Source: Dehalococcoidia bacterium
Lineage (GTDB): Bacteria; Chloroflexota; Dehalococcoidia; SM23-28-2; HRBIN24
Direction: 5' to 3'
Length of the DNA stretch: 64,000 bases
Assembly: GCA_034435615.1 (NCBI GenBank)
Contig: DAOTWZ010000032.1
Location: 24-64,023, forward strand
Of this stretch, positions 30,344-40,895 are shown in pieces; positions within the stretch are counted from its first letter, which is position 1, and each line of letters begins with the position of its first letter. The notes under the pieces were generated by a model. The model saw only the letters and a list, made by a program, of their open reading frames with translations. It ran no database searches and was not told the origin of the DNA. Made by a program: the position numbers and the translations under genes.

Positions 30344-31576
30344 ATGACCTCGTCGTCGCAGCATGGGACCGGCATGAGGGAAACGCTCGGCCTCTATGTC
30401 CACGTCCCCTTCTGCGAGCTCAAGTGCTCCTACTGCGACTTCAACTCCTACGCCGGGCTGGAGGGGCTCATGGGCCCCTATGTGGATGCCCTCTGCCTGG
30501 AGCTGGAGCTGTGGGGCCAGGCGATGGGTCGGCAGCGGGTGGCCACCGTCTTCTTCGGCGGGGGGACGCCCAGCCTCCTGCCCCTCCCGCTCCTGGAGCG
30601 CGTGCTGGAGGTGGCGGCCGGGGCCTTCGTCCTGGCGCAGGGGTGCGAGGTCACCCTGGAGGCCAACCCGGGCACTGTCGACCGGGACTACCTGCGGGGC
30701 CTCCGCTCCCTGGGGGTGGACCGCCTGAGCCTGGGTGTCCAGAGCCTCCACGATGACGAATTGCGCTGGCTGGACCGCCTCCACTCGGCAGCGGACGCAG
30801 TGACGGCCTACCGATGGGCGAGGGAGGCGGGGTTCCGCAGCGTCAACTTGGACCTCATCTTCGGCCTGCCGGGGCAGCCGCTGGAGCGCTGGCAGAAGAC
30901 CCTGGAGGCTGCCCTGGCCCTGGGGCCGGACCACCTCTCCCTCTACGCCCTCACCGTTGAGGAGGGGACGAAGCTGGCGGCCGACATCGCCCGCGGGTGG
31001 ACGCCTCCGCCGGACGAGGACGCCCAGGCGGCCATGTACGAGTGGTCGCGAGAGCGGTTAGCTGTCGCCGGCTACGAACACTACGAGATCTCTAACTGGG
31101 CGAGGCCGGGCCATCGCTCTCGCCACAACCTGACCTACTGGGAGGGCCGTCCCTACCTGGGCGTGGGGGCGGGGGCCCACTCCTTCCTGACGGAGGGCGA
31201 CGCAGGCCTCCGCTTCGCCGATGTCTACTCGCCCCGGCAGTACGTGCGTCGGGTGGAGGAGACGGCCCGCAGGGGCGTTCAGCCTGGCCCCCTTCGGGGC
31301 GTCCTGGGCGCCATGGGGCAGGTGGCCTTCGTGGAGGAGCTGCTGCCACCGCTGATGATGGCGGAGGCCCTCATCCTGGGGTTGCGCCTGACGGAGGGCG
31401 TGGCACTGGCGACCTTCGAGGAGCGCTTCGGCGTGGGTCTGCTGGAGCGCTACGGCCCCGCGGTGGCGGAGCTGACGGAGCTGGGACTGCTGGAGCTGTC
31501 CGATGGCCATCTGCGGCTCACGCCCCGCGGCCTCCTCCTGGCCAACGAGGTCTTCGTGCGGGTGCTGGAGGTCTAG
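30344..31576 (+). CDS. hemW: Radical SAM heme chaperone HemW (oxygen-independent coproporphyrinogen-III oxidase-like)
   Basis: [17 protein letters not shown] CxxxCxxC radical-SAM motif. ATG at 30344 sits 9 nt after GAGAGGAGG. Confidence 0.75.
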   Translation: MTSSSQHGTGMRETLGLYVHVPFCELKCSYCDFNSYAGLEGLMGPYVDALCLELELWGQAMGRQRVATVFFGGGTPSLLPLPLLERVLEVAAGAFVLAQGCEVTLEANPGTVDRDYLRGLRSLGVDRLSLGVQSLHDDELRWLDRLHSAADAVTAYRWAREAGFRSVNLDLIFGLPGQPLERWQKTLEAALALGPDHLSLYALTVEEGTKLAADIARGWTPPPDEDAQAAMYEWSRERLAVAGYEHYEISNWARPGHRSRHNLTYWEGRPYLGVGAGAHSFLTEGDAGLRFADVYSPRQYVRRVEETARRGVQPGPLRGVLGAMGQVAFVEELLPPLMMAEALILGLRLTEGVALATFEERFGVGLLERYGPAVAELTELGLLELSDGHLRLTPRGLLLANEVFVRVLEV

Positions 31577-31684
31577 GCAGGTGCCGCCCGCGGCATCGGC
31601 CTCCCGTACGGAGAGCGGCGCCGCTACGTCCCTGCGGGATGCCCTGTGACCGCCTCGGCGCCCTCCGGGGTGGGTGCGCTCGGC

Positions 31685-32821
31685 TCAGGGGAGGAGCTTC
31701 TCCAGAGGGATGTAGGGAAGGCCCTGGGACTCGGCCACGGGGCGGATGGTCAGGTGCCCGTCGAAGGTGTTGACGCCGCGGGCCAGGGCGGGGTCGTGGC
31801 GGAGGGCCTCCAGCCCCTCGCTGGCCAGTCGCAGGACGTAGGGGAGGACGGCGGCGCTCAGGGCCTGCGTGGCCGTGCGGGGGACGGCTCCCGGCATGTT
31901 GGTGACGCAGTAGTGGACCACCCCTTCCTCCACGTAGGTGGGGTCGGTCAGGGTGGTAGGGCGGGAGGTCTCACAGGCGCCGCCCTGGTCTATGGAGATG
32001 TCCACCAGCACCGCCCCCGGTCCCAGGCTGCGCACCGCCTCCCGCGTCAGTAGCCTCGGAGTGAGGGCGCCGGGGACGAGGACGGCGCAGACCAGCACGT
32101 CCGCTCCCACCACCTCCTCCGTCAGCGACTCCCCGTCCAGGAGGCGAATGGCGATGCGGCCGTCGCTCAGCTCCTGGAGGCGGCGCAGGCGAGCGGGGTC
32201 GCGGTCCAGCACCGTGACCTGCCCCTGCAGGGCGTCCAGCGTGAGGGCGGCGCGGCTACCGGCGTTGCCGGCACCCAGGACGATACAGCGGGCCGCCTCC
32301 GCCCCCTCGATGCCGCCCAGGAGCTTGCCCCGACCCGGGCCGGGGCGTCGCAGGTGCTGGGCCGCCACCTCGCCCGCCAGCCGGCCAGCGATGAGGCTCA
32401 TGGGCCGTAGCAGGGGCAGGGAGCCGTCGGCCGCCTGCACCGTCTCGTAGGCGATGGCGATGGTCCGTGACTCCAGCAGGGCCCGCGTCAGCCCCGGCTG
32501 GGGGGCCAGGTGCAGGTAGCAGAAGAGGACGAGGCCGGGCCGCAGCAGCCGGTACTCCTCCGGCTGGGGCTCCTTCACCTTCACCAGGAGCTGACAGGAG
32601 CCCGCCACCTCCTCCGGCGTCTTCAGAAGGACGGCGCCCGCCCGGTCATACTCTTCGTCCGGGTAGCCGGCGCCCAGGCCGGCCCCCCGCTCCACCAGGA
32701 CACGATGGCCGGCCTCTGTCAGCGCCCTCACCGCCTGGGGCGTCAGGGCCACCCGGCCCTCCTCCACCTTGCGCTCCCTGACGATCCCTACGTCCACCCT
32801 CCCGACCTCACTCCAGCGCAT
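31685..32821 (-). CDS. ald: Alanine dehydrogenase
   Basis: VGIVRERKVEEGRVALTP N-terminus. NAD-binding VLGAGNAGSRAA. 378 aa from ATG 32821; the 32851 start would overlap the upstream gene by 44 nt. Confidence 0.7.
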   Translation of the reverse strand: MRWSEVGRVDVGIVRERKVEEGRVALTPQAVRALTEAGHRVLVERGAGLGAGYPDEEYDRAGAVLLKTPEEVAGSCQLLVKVKEPQPEEYRLLRPGLVLFCYLHLAPQPGLTRALLESRTIAIAYETVQAADGSLPLLRPMSLIAGRLAGEVAAQHLRRPGPGRGKLLGGIEGAEAARCIVLGAGNAGSRAALTLDALQGQVTVLDRDPARLRRLQELSDGRIAIRLLDGESLTEEVVGADVLVCAVLVPGALTPRLLTREAVRSLGPGAVLVDISIDQGGACETSRPTTLTDPTYVEEGVVHYCVTNMPGAVPRTATQALSAAVLPYVLRLASEGLEALRHDPALARGVNTFDGHLTIRPVAESQGLPYIPLEKLLP

Positions 32822-33842
32822 GGGCGCGCTTGACCGCCCTGAGCACCACATTGATGTCCGGGGCGGGGACGTTGGGCCCCTCGCCTAAAGGGTCGGGCGT
32901 GAGGGGCCGCTCCAGGATGGCCTCCACCACGGCCCCCACCGACCAGCCCAGAGCCATCAGGTCGTACCCGCCCTCTAGGGAGAGGATCAGGCGCCCCTGG
33001 CAGAGCTCCTGGGCCAGCTCCCACAGGATGGAAGCAATGCCGTAATAGCCACGCGAGGAGAGGAGCATGTTGGCCAGAGGATCGGCGAAGTGGGCATCGA
33101 AGCCGGCGGAGACCAGGATGAGCTGGGGCCGGAAACGACGCAGCACGGGGACGCAGACCTCCCGATAGGCCCGCAGGTACTCATCGCTGCGGGAGCCGCG
33201 GGGCAACGGCACGTTGACCGTCGTCCCCTCGGCCTCGCCCTCGCCCTTCTCGGCCCAGTAGCCAGTGCCGGGGTAGAGGGGGTACTGGTGGGTAGAGAAG
33301 AAGAGGACGCGGGGCTCCCGGTAGAAGGCGTCCTGGGTGCCGTTGCCGTGGTGGACGTCGAAGTCCACGATGGCCACCCTCTCCAGGCCTCCCGCCTCCA
33401 GCGCCGCCCGCGCCGCGATGGCCACGCTGTTGAAGAGGCAGAAGCCCATGGCGGTATCGGGGGTGGCGTGATGGCCTGGGGGGCGCACCAGGCAGAGAGC
33501 GGCCTCCACCTGGCCCGAGAGGACGGCCTCCAGGGCGGCCAGACAGCCCCCGGCCGCCCGCCGGGCAGCGGCGTAGGAGGCGGGGACGATGTAGGTGTCC
33601 CAGTCCAGCCAGCCGCCGCCCTCCTCGGCCTTCGCCCGGATGCGGGCGATGAGGTCAGCGCTGTGGACCAGCTCCAGCTCGGCATGGGAGGCGTCCCGGG
33701 CGGGGATGGCCGTCATCAGGTCCAGCAGGCCGGACTTGCGCAGGTGCTCCAGGATGGCGATGAGACGCTCCGGGCGCTCCGGATGGCCAGGCGTGCCATG
33801 CTCCAGATAGAGGGGGTCGAATACATAGCCCAGGCGCGCCAT
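32808..33842 (-). CDS. Histone deacetylase-family deacetylase (AcuC/acetoin utilisation-like)
   Basis: GYVFDPLYLEHGTPGHPERPERL, plus PPGHHA and the catalytic DxDVHHGNGT motif. Confidence 0.75.
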   Translation of the reverse strand: MARLGYVFDPLYLEHGTPGHPERPERLIAILEHLRKSGLLDLMTAIPARDASHAELELVHSADLIARIRAKAEEGGGWLDWDTYIVPASYAAARRAAGGCLAALEAVLSGQVEAALCLVRPPGHHATPDTAMGFCLFNSVAIAARAALEAGGLERVAIVDFDVHHGNGTQDAFYREPRVLFFSTHQYPLYPGTGYWAEKGEGEAEGTTVNVPLPRGSRSDEYLRAYREVCVPVLRRFRPQLILVSAGFDAHFADPLANMLLSSRGYYGIASILWELAQELCQGRLILSLEGGYDLMALGWSVGAVVEAILERPLTPDPLGEGPNVPAPDINVVLRAVKRAHALE

Positions 33843-33855
33843 AGCCGTCGATATG

Positions 33856-33885
33856 TTATCAGGCCCACGGACGGGGTGCTATACT
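33856..33885 (+). promoter_or_regulatory. Candidate promoter TTATCA-18-TATACT upstream of selB
   Basis: Sequence match only, in the divergent intergenic region. Confidence 0.25.
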
Positions 33886-33983
33886 CGATGCCGGTGGGGA
33901 GCCCTGGCCCGGCCTGAACGACGCCGGGCGCCGCCTCTCGTGTGATATCTCCGCAGGAAAGCGCCAGCACCGGACTCGAGGCC

Positions 33984-35852
33984 ATGTACACCATCGGCAC
34001 GGCGGGTCACGTAGACCACGGTAAGTCAGCCCTCGTCAAGGCCCTCACCGGCATAGACCCCGACCGCCTTCGTGAGGAGAAGGAACGGGGGATGACCATA
34101 GACCTGGGCTTCGCCTGGTTGCGCCTCCCCTCCGGCCAGGAGGTCAGCATCGTGGACGTGCCGGGCCACGAGCGGTTCGTCCATAACATGCTGGCCGGGG
34201 TGGGGGGCATAGACCTGGCGCTCCTGGTGGTTGCGGCCGACGAGGGGGTGATGCCCCAGACCCGGGAGCACCTGGCCATCCTCGACCTGCTGGAGGTGCG
34301 GCGCGGAGTGGTGGCCATCACCAAGCGCGACCTGGTGGACGAGGAGTGGCTGGAACTGGTGAAGGCAGAGGTGGAGGAGGAGCTGCGAGGCACCTCCCTG
34401 GAGGGGGCGGTCATGGTGGCGTGCTCCTCCCTCACCGGGGAGGGGCTGCCGGAGCTCCTTCAGGTGCTGGAGGCCGAGCTCTCCCGCACGCCGCCACGCC
34501 GGGACATCGGGCGGCCGCGGCTGCCTATAGACCGCGCCTTCACTCTCCCTGGCTTCGGCACCATCGTAACCGGCACCCTCATAGACGGCTCCCTGGCGCT
34601 GGGGCAGGAGGTGGAGGTGGTGCCCGGCGGCCTGCACTCCCGCATACGGGGCCTCCAGAGCCATGGCCGGCCCCTGGATCGCGCCCCGCCGGGGAGGCGC
34701 ACCGCCGTCAACCTGGCGGGGGTGGCGGTGGAGGACGTGGAGCGGGGGATGGTGGTCACCACCCCGGGGTGGCTGACCCCTACCGTGGCGGTGGATGTGC
34801 GCTTCCGCACCGCCCGTCACCTGCGCCGGCCCGTGCGCCATGCCCTGGAGGTCACCTTTCACGCCGGCAGCGCCGAGGTCCCCGGCCGCCTCCTCCTGCT
34901 GGACCGGGACGAGGTACCCCCGGGGGAGACGGCCTGGGCGCAGGTGCGGCTGGCCCAGCCGGTGGCCGTCGTCAGGGGGGACCACTTCGTCGTTCGCGAC
35001 CCCAACGACACCCTGGGCGGCGGCCGGGTGGTGGACACCCACGTCCGTCGCCATCGTCGGTTTCATGGCCCCACCCTGGCGTCGCTGGAGTTGCTGGAGC
35101 GGGGCACTCCGGGCGAGGTGATAGTAGCGGCCATCGCCCGTCGGGAGCCCGTGGCCCTGCGGGAGCTGGCCCGGGGCGTGGAGCTATCGCCCCAGGAGCT
35201 GCGGCAGGAGCTGGAGAGGCTGACGGCCAGCGGTGAAGTCGTTGCCCTGGGCGAGGGCCCCCTGCAGGAGGAGCACATCCTCTTCACCGCCCAGGGGCTG
35301 GCCCGTTTGCAGGAGCGGGCGGAGGAGGCGGTAAGGACCTACCACCAGCAGCGCCCCCTCCGACGCGGCATCTCCCGGGAGGAGCTGCGCAGCCGGCTCG
35401 GCCTGCCCCAGCGCCCCTTCGACCTGGCCCTGGCCTACTGGACAGACAAAGGCGTCCTGAGGGACGCCGGGGGCCTGGTGGCCCTCCCCGGCCACGCTCC
35501 CCGTCCCACGCCGGAGCAGCAGGCCCTCCTGGACGCCTACCTGCAGGCCCTGCGGGCCAGCCCTTACTCGCCGCCTACCGATATGAAGCTCGACCCGGAG
35601 CTGATGGCCTATCTGGAGGAGACGGGCCAGATAGTGCGGGTGAGCCCGGAGGTGGCCTTTGCCGCCGAGGCCTACCGGGAGATGGTGGAGCGCATAGTGG
35701 CCGCCCTGCGAGAGCGGGGCAGCCTGACCCTGGGCCAGGTGCGGGACATGTTCGGCACCAGCCGCAAGTACGTGCAGCCCCTCCTGGAGCACCTGGATGC
35801 CCAGCGCATCACCCGCCGCGTGGGGGACGAGCGGGTGCTTCGGCGCGGCTAG
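33984..35852 (+). CDS. selB: Selenocysteine-specific elongation factor SelB
   Basis: GTPase G1 [11 protein letters not shown] and G3 DVPGHERF. ~622 aa with C-terminal winged-helix repeats. Start at MYTIGTAG. Confidence 0.85.
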   Translation: MYTIGTAGHVDHGKSALVKALTGIDPDRLREEKERGMTIDLGFAWLRLPSGQEVSIVDVPGHERFVHNMLAGVGGIDLALLVVAADEGVMPQTREHLAILDLLEVRRGVVAITKRDLVDEEWLELVKAEVEEELRGTSLEGAVMVACSSLTGEGLPELLQVLEAELSRTPPRRDIGRPRLPIDRAFTLPGFGTIVTGTLIDGSLALGQEVEVVPGGLHSRIRGLQSHGRPLDRAPPGRRTAVNLAGVAVEDVERGMVVTTPGWLTPTVAVDVRFRTARHLRRPVRHALEVTFHAGSAEVPGRLLLLDRDEVPPGETAWAQVRLAQPVAVVRGDHFVVRDPNDTLGGGRVVDTHVRRHRRFHGPTLASLELLERGTPGEVIVAAIARREPVALRELARGVELSPQELRQELERLTASGEVVALGEGPLQEEHILFTAQGLARLQERAEEAVRTYHQQRPLRRGISREELRSRLGLPQRPFDLALAYWTDKGVLRDAGGLVALPGHAPRPTPEQQALLDAYLQALRASPYSPPTDMKLDPELMAYLEETGQIVRVSPEVAFAAEAYREMVERIVAALRERGSLTLGQVRDMFGTSRKYVQPLLEHLDAQRITRRVGDERVLRRG

Positions 35853-35955
35853 CTCCACCCCGATGGGCGGGCGCTATAATCTGGGCGGCGTCCCTGGCTG
35901 TGGTTGTTCCTCGCCTCTCTCCGCTGGCTGTCCCCGGCGTCCGGGGCGAGAGGGC

Positions 35956-38445
35956 CTACGCCTCGGCGGGGACAGGACGCCGGGGGAAGAGGCGGCGCCA
36001 GAGACGGGCCAGGTCTCCCTCCTCCCAGGAGACCAGCACCTGGCTGGCCACGAAGATGGAGCTGTAGGTGCCGGTGACGGTGCCCAGCAGCATCACCAGC
36101 AGGAGCTCCTGGATGGTGCCGCCGCCCAGCAGCATCAGGGCTACCACGGTGATGAGCAGGGTCAGCGAGGTGTTCAGGGAGCGCACCAGCGTCTCCGTCA
36201 GGCTGGCGTTGACCACCTCAGCCAGCGGATAGTCCGGGTAGCGCCCGCGGTTCTCCCGGATGCGGTCGAAGACGACGATGGTGTCGTGGACGGAGAAACC
36301 GATGACCGTCAGCAGCCCCGTTATGAACATGGTGTTGACCTCGGTGCCGAATAGCTTGCCCAGGATGGAGAAGGCGCCCACCACGAAGAGGGCGTCGTGC
36401 ATCAGGGCGATGATGGCTGCCACGCCGTAGCGGAGAGGATTGGGGACACCGCGGAAGGCCCAACTGATGTAGAGGAGGATGGCCGCCGCCGCCACAGCCA
36501 CGGCGATGGCAGCGTTGCGACCGATGGCCCGGGAGACTATCTCGGAGACGGTATCGAAGTTGGTCACCCGGAAGGGGCCGAAGCGGTCACGGAGGGCCTC
36601 CTCTAGAGTGTCCCGCTCAGAGGGAGGAGTGGGCCCCACCGGGGGCACGTTCACCGCACCCTCCAGGTCTCCCAGCCGGATGATGAAATCGCCGGCGTCG
36701 GTCACCTGGATGCGGGCGTCGGGGTGGCCCAGGTCAGCCAGGGCAGAGCGGACGGCCTCGGCGCTCACCCGGGGGTCTTCGAAGCGCACGGTCATGGTGG
36801 TGCCGCTGGTGAACTCGATGCCGGGCTTCAGGGCCGGCGGCACCATCAGCGATATGAGGCCCGGGACGAGGATGAGCACCGAGAGGACGTAGTAGAGGCC
36901 GCGCCGCTTCACGAAGTCCAGGGGCAGGGAGCGTCGCCGCTCCCCGCTGGCGGTCAGCCGGCGCGCTGGCTCCACGTTGAAGAGCCAGGGGCGGCGGGCC
37001 AGGGGCGTCAGGAGGAGAAGACGCAGGTAGGTGCGCGTCACCGTGATGGCCGAGAACATGCTCACTAGCACGCCGATGGCCAGCGTCAGGGCGAAGCCCT
37101 TCACCAGACTAGCGTTGAACTGATCGCCGAACCACCAGAGGATGCCGCAGGTTATGAGGGTGGAGACGTTGCTGTCCCGTATGGAGGGCCAGGCGCGGTC
37201 GAAGCCCGCCCGTATAGCGGTGGCCAGGTTGCGGCCTCCCCGCAACTCCTCCTTGAGCCGCTCGAAGACCAGGATGTTGGCGTCCACCGCCATCCCCACC
37301 GAGAGGACGAAGGCGGCGATGCCGGCCAGGGTAAGGGTCACCGGCCACAGTTTGAAGATGAGGAGCAGGGTGGAGGCATAGGTGACCAGGGCCAGGGCCG
37401 CCACCACCCCGGGCAGGCGGTAGATGAGCACCATGAAGGCCATGACGGCCAGGATGCCGATGATGCCCGCCTGAATGCTGTGACGCACCGTGGCGTCGCC
37501 CAGGGTGGCGTCCACCTCCGTCTGCTGGACCACCCGCATGGGCACCGGCAGGGCGCCCGAATTGAGCTGGACGCGCAGGCGGCGGGCCTCGTTCAGGTCG
37601 AGCCCGGTGATGACGGAGCTCTCCGTCAGCCGCTGCTGGACGATGGGCGAGGCTATCATCTCCTCGTCCAGGGCGATGACCAGAGGGTAGCCCACCAGCC
37701 GGCCGCTGACGTCGCTCAGGATGGCAGCTCCCCGGCTGTTGAAATTGAGGGTGACCTGGAAGCCACGGCCGCCAGGGTCGGGCACTACCTGAGAGTTGGG
37801 CTGTAGCAGGTTGCCGGTGAGGGGCACCCCCACGATGTCAGGCCGGCAGTCGCGCCGGCAGCGGGCCGGCTCCACGATGAGCTCCCCCATCTGGCCCGTC
37901 GACCCCAGGCAGAGCACCTTGCCCTGCTCCCGGTCCAGGTAGGTGGCCTGGAGGGGCGTCTCGAACTCGGAGCCGTCCGGGGCGCGGCAGACCAGGTTCC
38001 CCGTGGCCTCGTTGATCCTGGGCTCCAGGAACTGGAGGAGGGCAGTGCGGCCTATCAGCTCTCGCGCCTCCTCCGGCCTGATGCCGGGTAGCTGGACGGA
38101 GAGGCGATAGCGGCCCTCCCGCTGGATCTCCGTCTCCGCCACGCCGAAGGCATTGACCCGCTGCTCGATGATGTTCTTGGCCCCCTCCATGGCGGCGTCT
38201 ATGTCCACGCCGGGGGGGATGCGGGCCGGGTCGGCCTCCAGGAGGATGTAGGTGCCGCCCTTGAGGTCCAGCCCCAGGCGCATCTCCTGACGGTCGAAGC
38301 CGCCGATCTTCAGCCCCTGCCCTTTGGGCCAGGGTATGAAGTCCGGCAGGTAGCGGTTCGGGTTGCCCGGCCAGACCACCACGATGGCGAAGGCCGTCAG
38401 GGCGACGATGAAGGCGAGGAGCCAGAGGTCATTCCGCTGACGCAT
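35956..38445 (-). CDS. secDF: Protein translocase subunit SecDF (fused SecD-SecF)
   Basis: 829 aa with 12 TM segments and two large periplasmic domains. SecD-like then SecF-like halves. Confidence 0.85.
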   Translation of the reverse strand: MRQRNDLWLLAFIVALTAFAIVVVWPGNPNRYLPDFIPWPKGQGLKIGGFDRQEMRLGLDLKGGTYILLEADPARIPPGVDIDAAMEGAKNIIEQRVNAFGVAETEIQREGRYRLSVQLPGIRPEEARELIGRTALLQFLEPRINEATGNLVCRAPDGSEFETPLQATYLDREQGKVLCLGSTGQMGELIVEPARCRRDCRPDIVGVPLTGNLLQPNSQVVPDPGGRGFQVTLNFNSRGAAILSDVSGRLVGYPLVIALDEEMIASPIVQQRLTESSVITGLDLNEARRLRVQLNSGALPVPMRVVQQTEVDATLGDATVRHSIQAGIIGILAVMAFMVLIYRLPGVVAALALVTYASTLLLIFKLWPVTLTLAGIAAFVLSVGMAVDANILVFERLKEELRGGRNLATAIRAGFDRAWPSIRDSNVSTLITCGILWWFGDQFNASLVKGFALTLAIGVLVSMFSAITVTRTYLRLLLLTPLARRPWLFNVEPARRLTASGERRRSLPLDFVKRRGLYYVLSVLILVPGLISLMVPPALKPGIEFTSGTTMTVRFEDPRVSAEAVRSALADLGHPDARIQVTDAGDFIIRLGDLEGAVNVPPVGPTPPSERDTLEEALRDRFGPFRVTNFDTVSEIVSRAIGRNAAIAVAVAAAAILLYISWAFRGVPNPLRYGVAAIIALMHDALFVVGAFSILGKLFGTEVNTMFITGLLTVIGFSVHDTIVVFDRIRENRGRYPDYPLAEVVNASLTETLVRSLNTSLTLLITVVALMLLGGGTIQELLLVMLLGTVTGTYSSIFVASQVLVSWEEGDLARLWRRLFPRRPVPAEA

Positions 38446-38776
38446 TGCGGTTCGCCTTGGGGGAAGCGGGAGCGGCTTCTGAGGGCGTCTCCGTCTGGCC
38501 AGAGGAGAGGCGCTGCACTATGGCCGTGGCCACGGCCCGCACCTCCACACCCTTCGCCAGCTCCAGGACCAACTCGGCCGGCCCCTCGTCGGGGACGACG
38601 ATCTCCTTCACGGTGGCGATGAGGCCGCCCTGGGTCAGCACCCGGTCTCCCGCCCGCAGCTCCAGGAGCGTCTGGCGCTGGCGGCGGCGCTCCTGCTGGA
38701 CGGGCCGGTAGAAGGCGAAGTAGAAGAGGACGGCGATAGCCACCGGATAGGCCAGGGCGAAGACCAGGACGTCCAT
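38429..38776 (-). CDS. yajC: Preprotein translocase subunit YajC
   Basis: Single N-terminal TM (VLVFALAYPVAIAVLFYFAFY) then the conserved RPQQ...L..GD.V.T.GGL.G motif. The ATG at 38776 overlaps the upstream stop. Confidence 0.7.
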   Translation of the reverse strand: MDVLVFALAYPVAIAVLFYFAFYRPVQQERRRQRQTLLELRAGDRVLTQGGLIATVKEIVVPDEGPAELVLELAKGVEVRAVATAIVQRLSSGQTETPSEAAPASPKANRNASAE

Positions 38777-40311
38777 CAGGGGCCACCTCCAGCCGCTACC
38801 TTCATGCGCTCCAGCAGTCGTCGGGCGAGGGCCAGGGCCTCCTCGCGGTTCTTCACTTCTCCTGTGGCCTGAGCCTCTCGTAGCGCCTCCAGCAGGGCGC
38901 CGACGGTGGGCCCAGGCCGCAGCCCCAGGGCCTCCATCAGGTCGTGGCCGGTCACCAGCCTGGGGGGCTGTCGCAGCTCGCGGCGGCGCTCCGGCTCCTG
39001 GAGGACGTGGAGGACGAGGCCCACATGCCACTGCCAGCCCTGCCAGTCCAGGCGGGAGCCCACGGTGGCCAGGTGGTCGGCCAGGCTCAGGATGAGGACG
39101 CCCCAGGCTGCTTCCCCGCAGTCGCGGTAGAAACGGTAGATGGCACGCGGGGTAGGCGGGCCCTGCTGGGCCATCTGGGTTGGCCGCAGGTGGGCGCGCA
39201 CCAGCCGTCCCACGAAGTCCTCCTCCCGGCTGGAGAAGCGGAGACGGGCCATGATGCCCCGCGCCAGCTCCTCTCCCAGGCGGTCGTGCCCGAAGAAGCG
39301 GAGACGCCCGCTGGCGTCCACGCTCCTGGTGGCCGGCTTGGCCACGTCGTGCAGGAGGCCTCCCAGCTTCAGTAGCGCCTGCCGGGGGCGGCCGGCCACC
39401 ACCTCCTCGTCCAGATAGGAGCGAAGGGAGGGGGCCAGAGGGCCGAGCTCATCCCAGAGGCTGCTCCAGAGGGCGGGCTCCCGGGGCTGCCAGGGGCTCC
39501 CCTCGCTGGCCGACGGCGGGACGAGGGCCAGCAGCAGGTCCAGGGCCTCTACCGTCGCCAGGGCGTGGCCCAGGACGTCCCAGTAGTGCTCCCGGGGCTG
39601 GGAGACTCCCCGTCCGGACGTAACCTCGGGCAGGAGCGAGGACAGCAGCCCCAGCGACTCCAGCAGACGGAGACCCCTGGCCGTCCGATGACTGGCCAGG
39701 AGGCGGACCAGCTCGTCCCGCTGGCGCTCGGGGGCGGTCTGGGGCAGGAGGTGGGCATGCTCGGCGATGGCCCGGGCGGTGGCGGGCTCTAGCTGGAAGT
39801 CAAGCTCCACGGCCAGCCGGACTCCCCGGAGGAGGCGCAGGGGATCGTCGCGGAGGGCGTCCACGCTCACCAATCGCACCAGGCGGGCCGCCAGGTCTCG
39901 CCGGCCGCCACAGGGGTCCAGGATGGCGGCCTCGCCCCGGGCCAGGGGGTCTAGGGGCGCCGCCAGGGCGTCCACGGTGTAGTCCCGCCGGCGCAGGTCC
40001 TCCTCTATGTCCCCGGAGAGGGGGTGGAGGTCCACCGCCAGGGAGGCGCCCTCGCCGACGGGCACGACGAGACGGCCCATATCCTCGTCCCGGGAGAGGA
40101 TGAAGAAGCGCCCTCCCAACGCCTGCGCCAGCTCCGGCCCCACTATGGCCGGGGAAGCGCCGATGGCCAGGTCTACGTCCTGGCTGGGGCGGCCCAGGAG
40201 GAGGTCCCGCAGGAAGCCTCCCACCACATAGGCCTCCGTCCCCCGCTGGGCCAGGAGGCCGGCCAGCCTGGAGAGGAGACGGGACGCCTCCCGGGGAAGG
40301 GGCAGGGGCAT
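38776..40311 (-). CDS. cca: CCA-adding enzyme / poly(A) polymerase family nucleotidyltransferase with HD domain
   Basis: GGFLRDLLLGRPSQDVDLA polymerase-beta-type NTase motif plus an HD domain (HDVAKP). Confidence 0.75.
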   Translation of the reverse strand: MPLPLPREASRLLSRLAGLLAQRGTEAYVVGGFLRDLLLGRPSQDVDLAIGASPAIVGPELAQALGGRFFILSRDEDMGRLVVPVGEGASLAVDLHPLSGDIEEDLRRRDYTVDALAAPLDPLARGEAAILDPCGGRRDLAARLVRLVSVDALRDDPLRLLRGVRLAVELDFQLEPATARAIAEHAHLLPQTAPERQRDELVRLLASHRTARGLRLLESLGLLSSLLPEVTSGRGVSQPREHYWDVLGHALATVEALDLLLALVPPSASEGSPWQPREPALWSSLWDELGPLAPSLRSYLDEEVVAGRPRQALLKLGGLLHDVAKPATRSVDASGRLRFFGHDRLGEELARGIMARLRFSSREEDFVGRLVRAHLRPTQMAQQGPPTPRAIYRFYRDCGEAAWGVLILSLADHLATVGSRLDWQGWQWHVGLVLHVLQEPERRRELRQPPRLVTGHDLMEALGLRPGPTVGALLEALREAQATGEVKNREEALALARRLLERMKVAAGGGP

Positions 40312-40829
40312 CAGCTCCTCCCCTCCAGCTCCACCGCTTCCTCGCTGATCTTCACCAGTTCGTCCAGGCTCTTCAGGTGGTCTATGTAGAGGATGCCGTT
40401 GATGTGGTCCACCTCGTGCTCCAGCGCCTGGGCCAGGAGGGCGTCCCGCTCCCCTCCCTTTGCCGAGGCCTTGATGCGGACGGTCCGGCCCTGCAGGTCC
40501 AGCCCCCGCGCCACCACCGTGACGGACCTGGGGACGAGGGCGCGGTAGCCAGGGATGGAGAGGCAGCCCTCCTCTACCTCGCGGCGGCCCTCCCGCTTGA
40601 CGATCTCCGGGTTGACCAGGGCGAAGGGCTCCTCGTCCGGCAGGCCGATGACGATGACCCGCAGGGAGACGCCGATCTGGGGAGCGGCGATGCCGACGCC
40701 GTGGGCGGCGTACATGCTGTCTATCATGTCCCGCACCAGCTCCCGTATGGAGTCGTCTATGCTGGTGACCCGCTTGGCCTTAGCGCGCAGGACGGGGTCG
40801 CCCAGCAGCCGGATAGGACGAACGGCCAA
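40311..40829 (-). CDS. def: Peptide deformylase
   Basis: GIAAPQIG, EGCLS and QHEVDH motifs. 172 aa. Confidence 0.85.
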   Translation of the reverse strand: MAVRPIRLLGDPVLRAKAKRVTSIDDSIRELVRDMIDSMYAAHGVGIAAPQIGVSLRVIVIGLPDEEPFALVNPEIVKREGRREVEEGCLSIPGYRALVPRSVTVVARGLDLQGRTVRIKASAKGGERDALLAQALEHEVDHINGILYIDHLKSLDELVKISEEAVELEGRS

Positions 40830-40895
40830 GGCCGCACCTCCGCATCAGACGTCCTTTCCATTCTAACCCGCCCCGTAGAGAGGGGAAACGTGGGG

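Noticed and set aside
35853-35955. Perfect TATAAT at 35872-35877 between convergent selB and secDF
   Set aside because: There is no -35 or TG extension. It would only drive antisense transcription into secDF, so it is probably a chance match.
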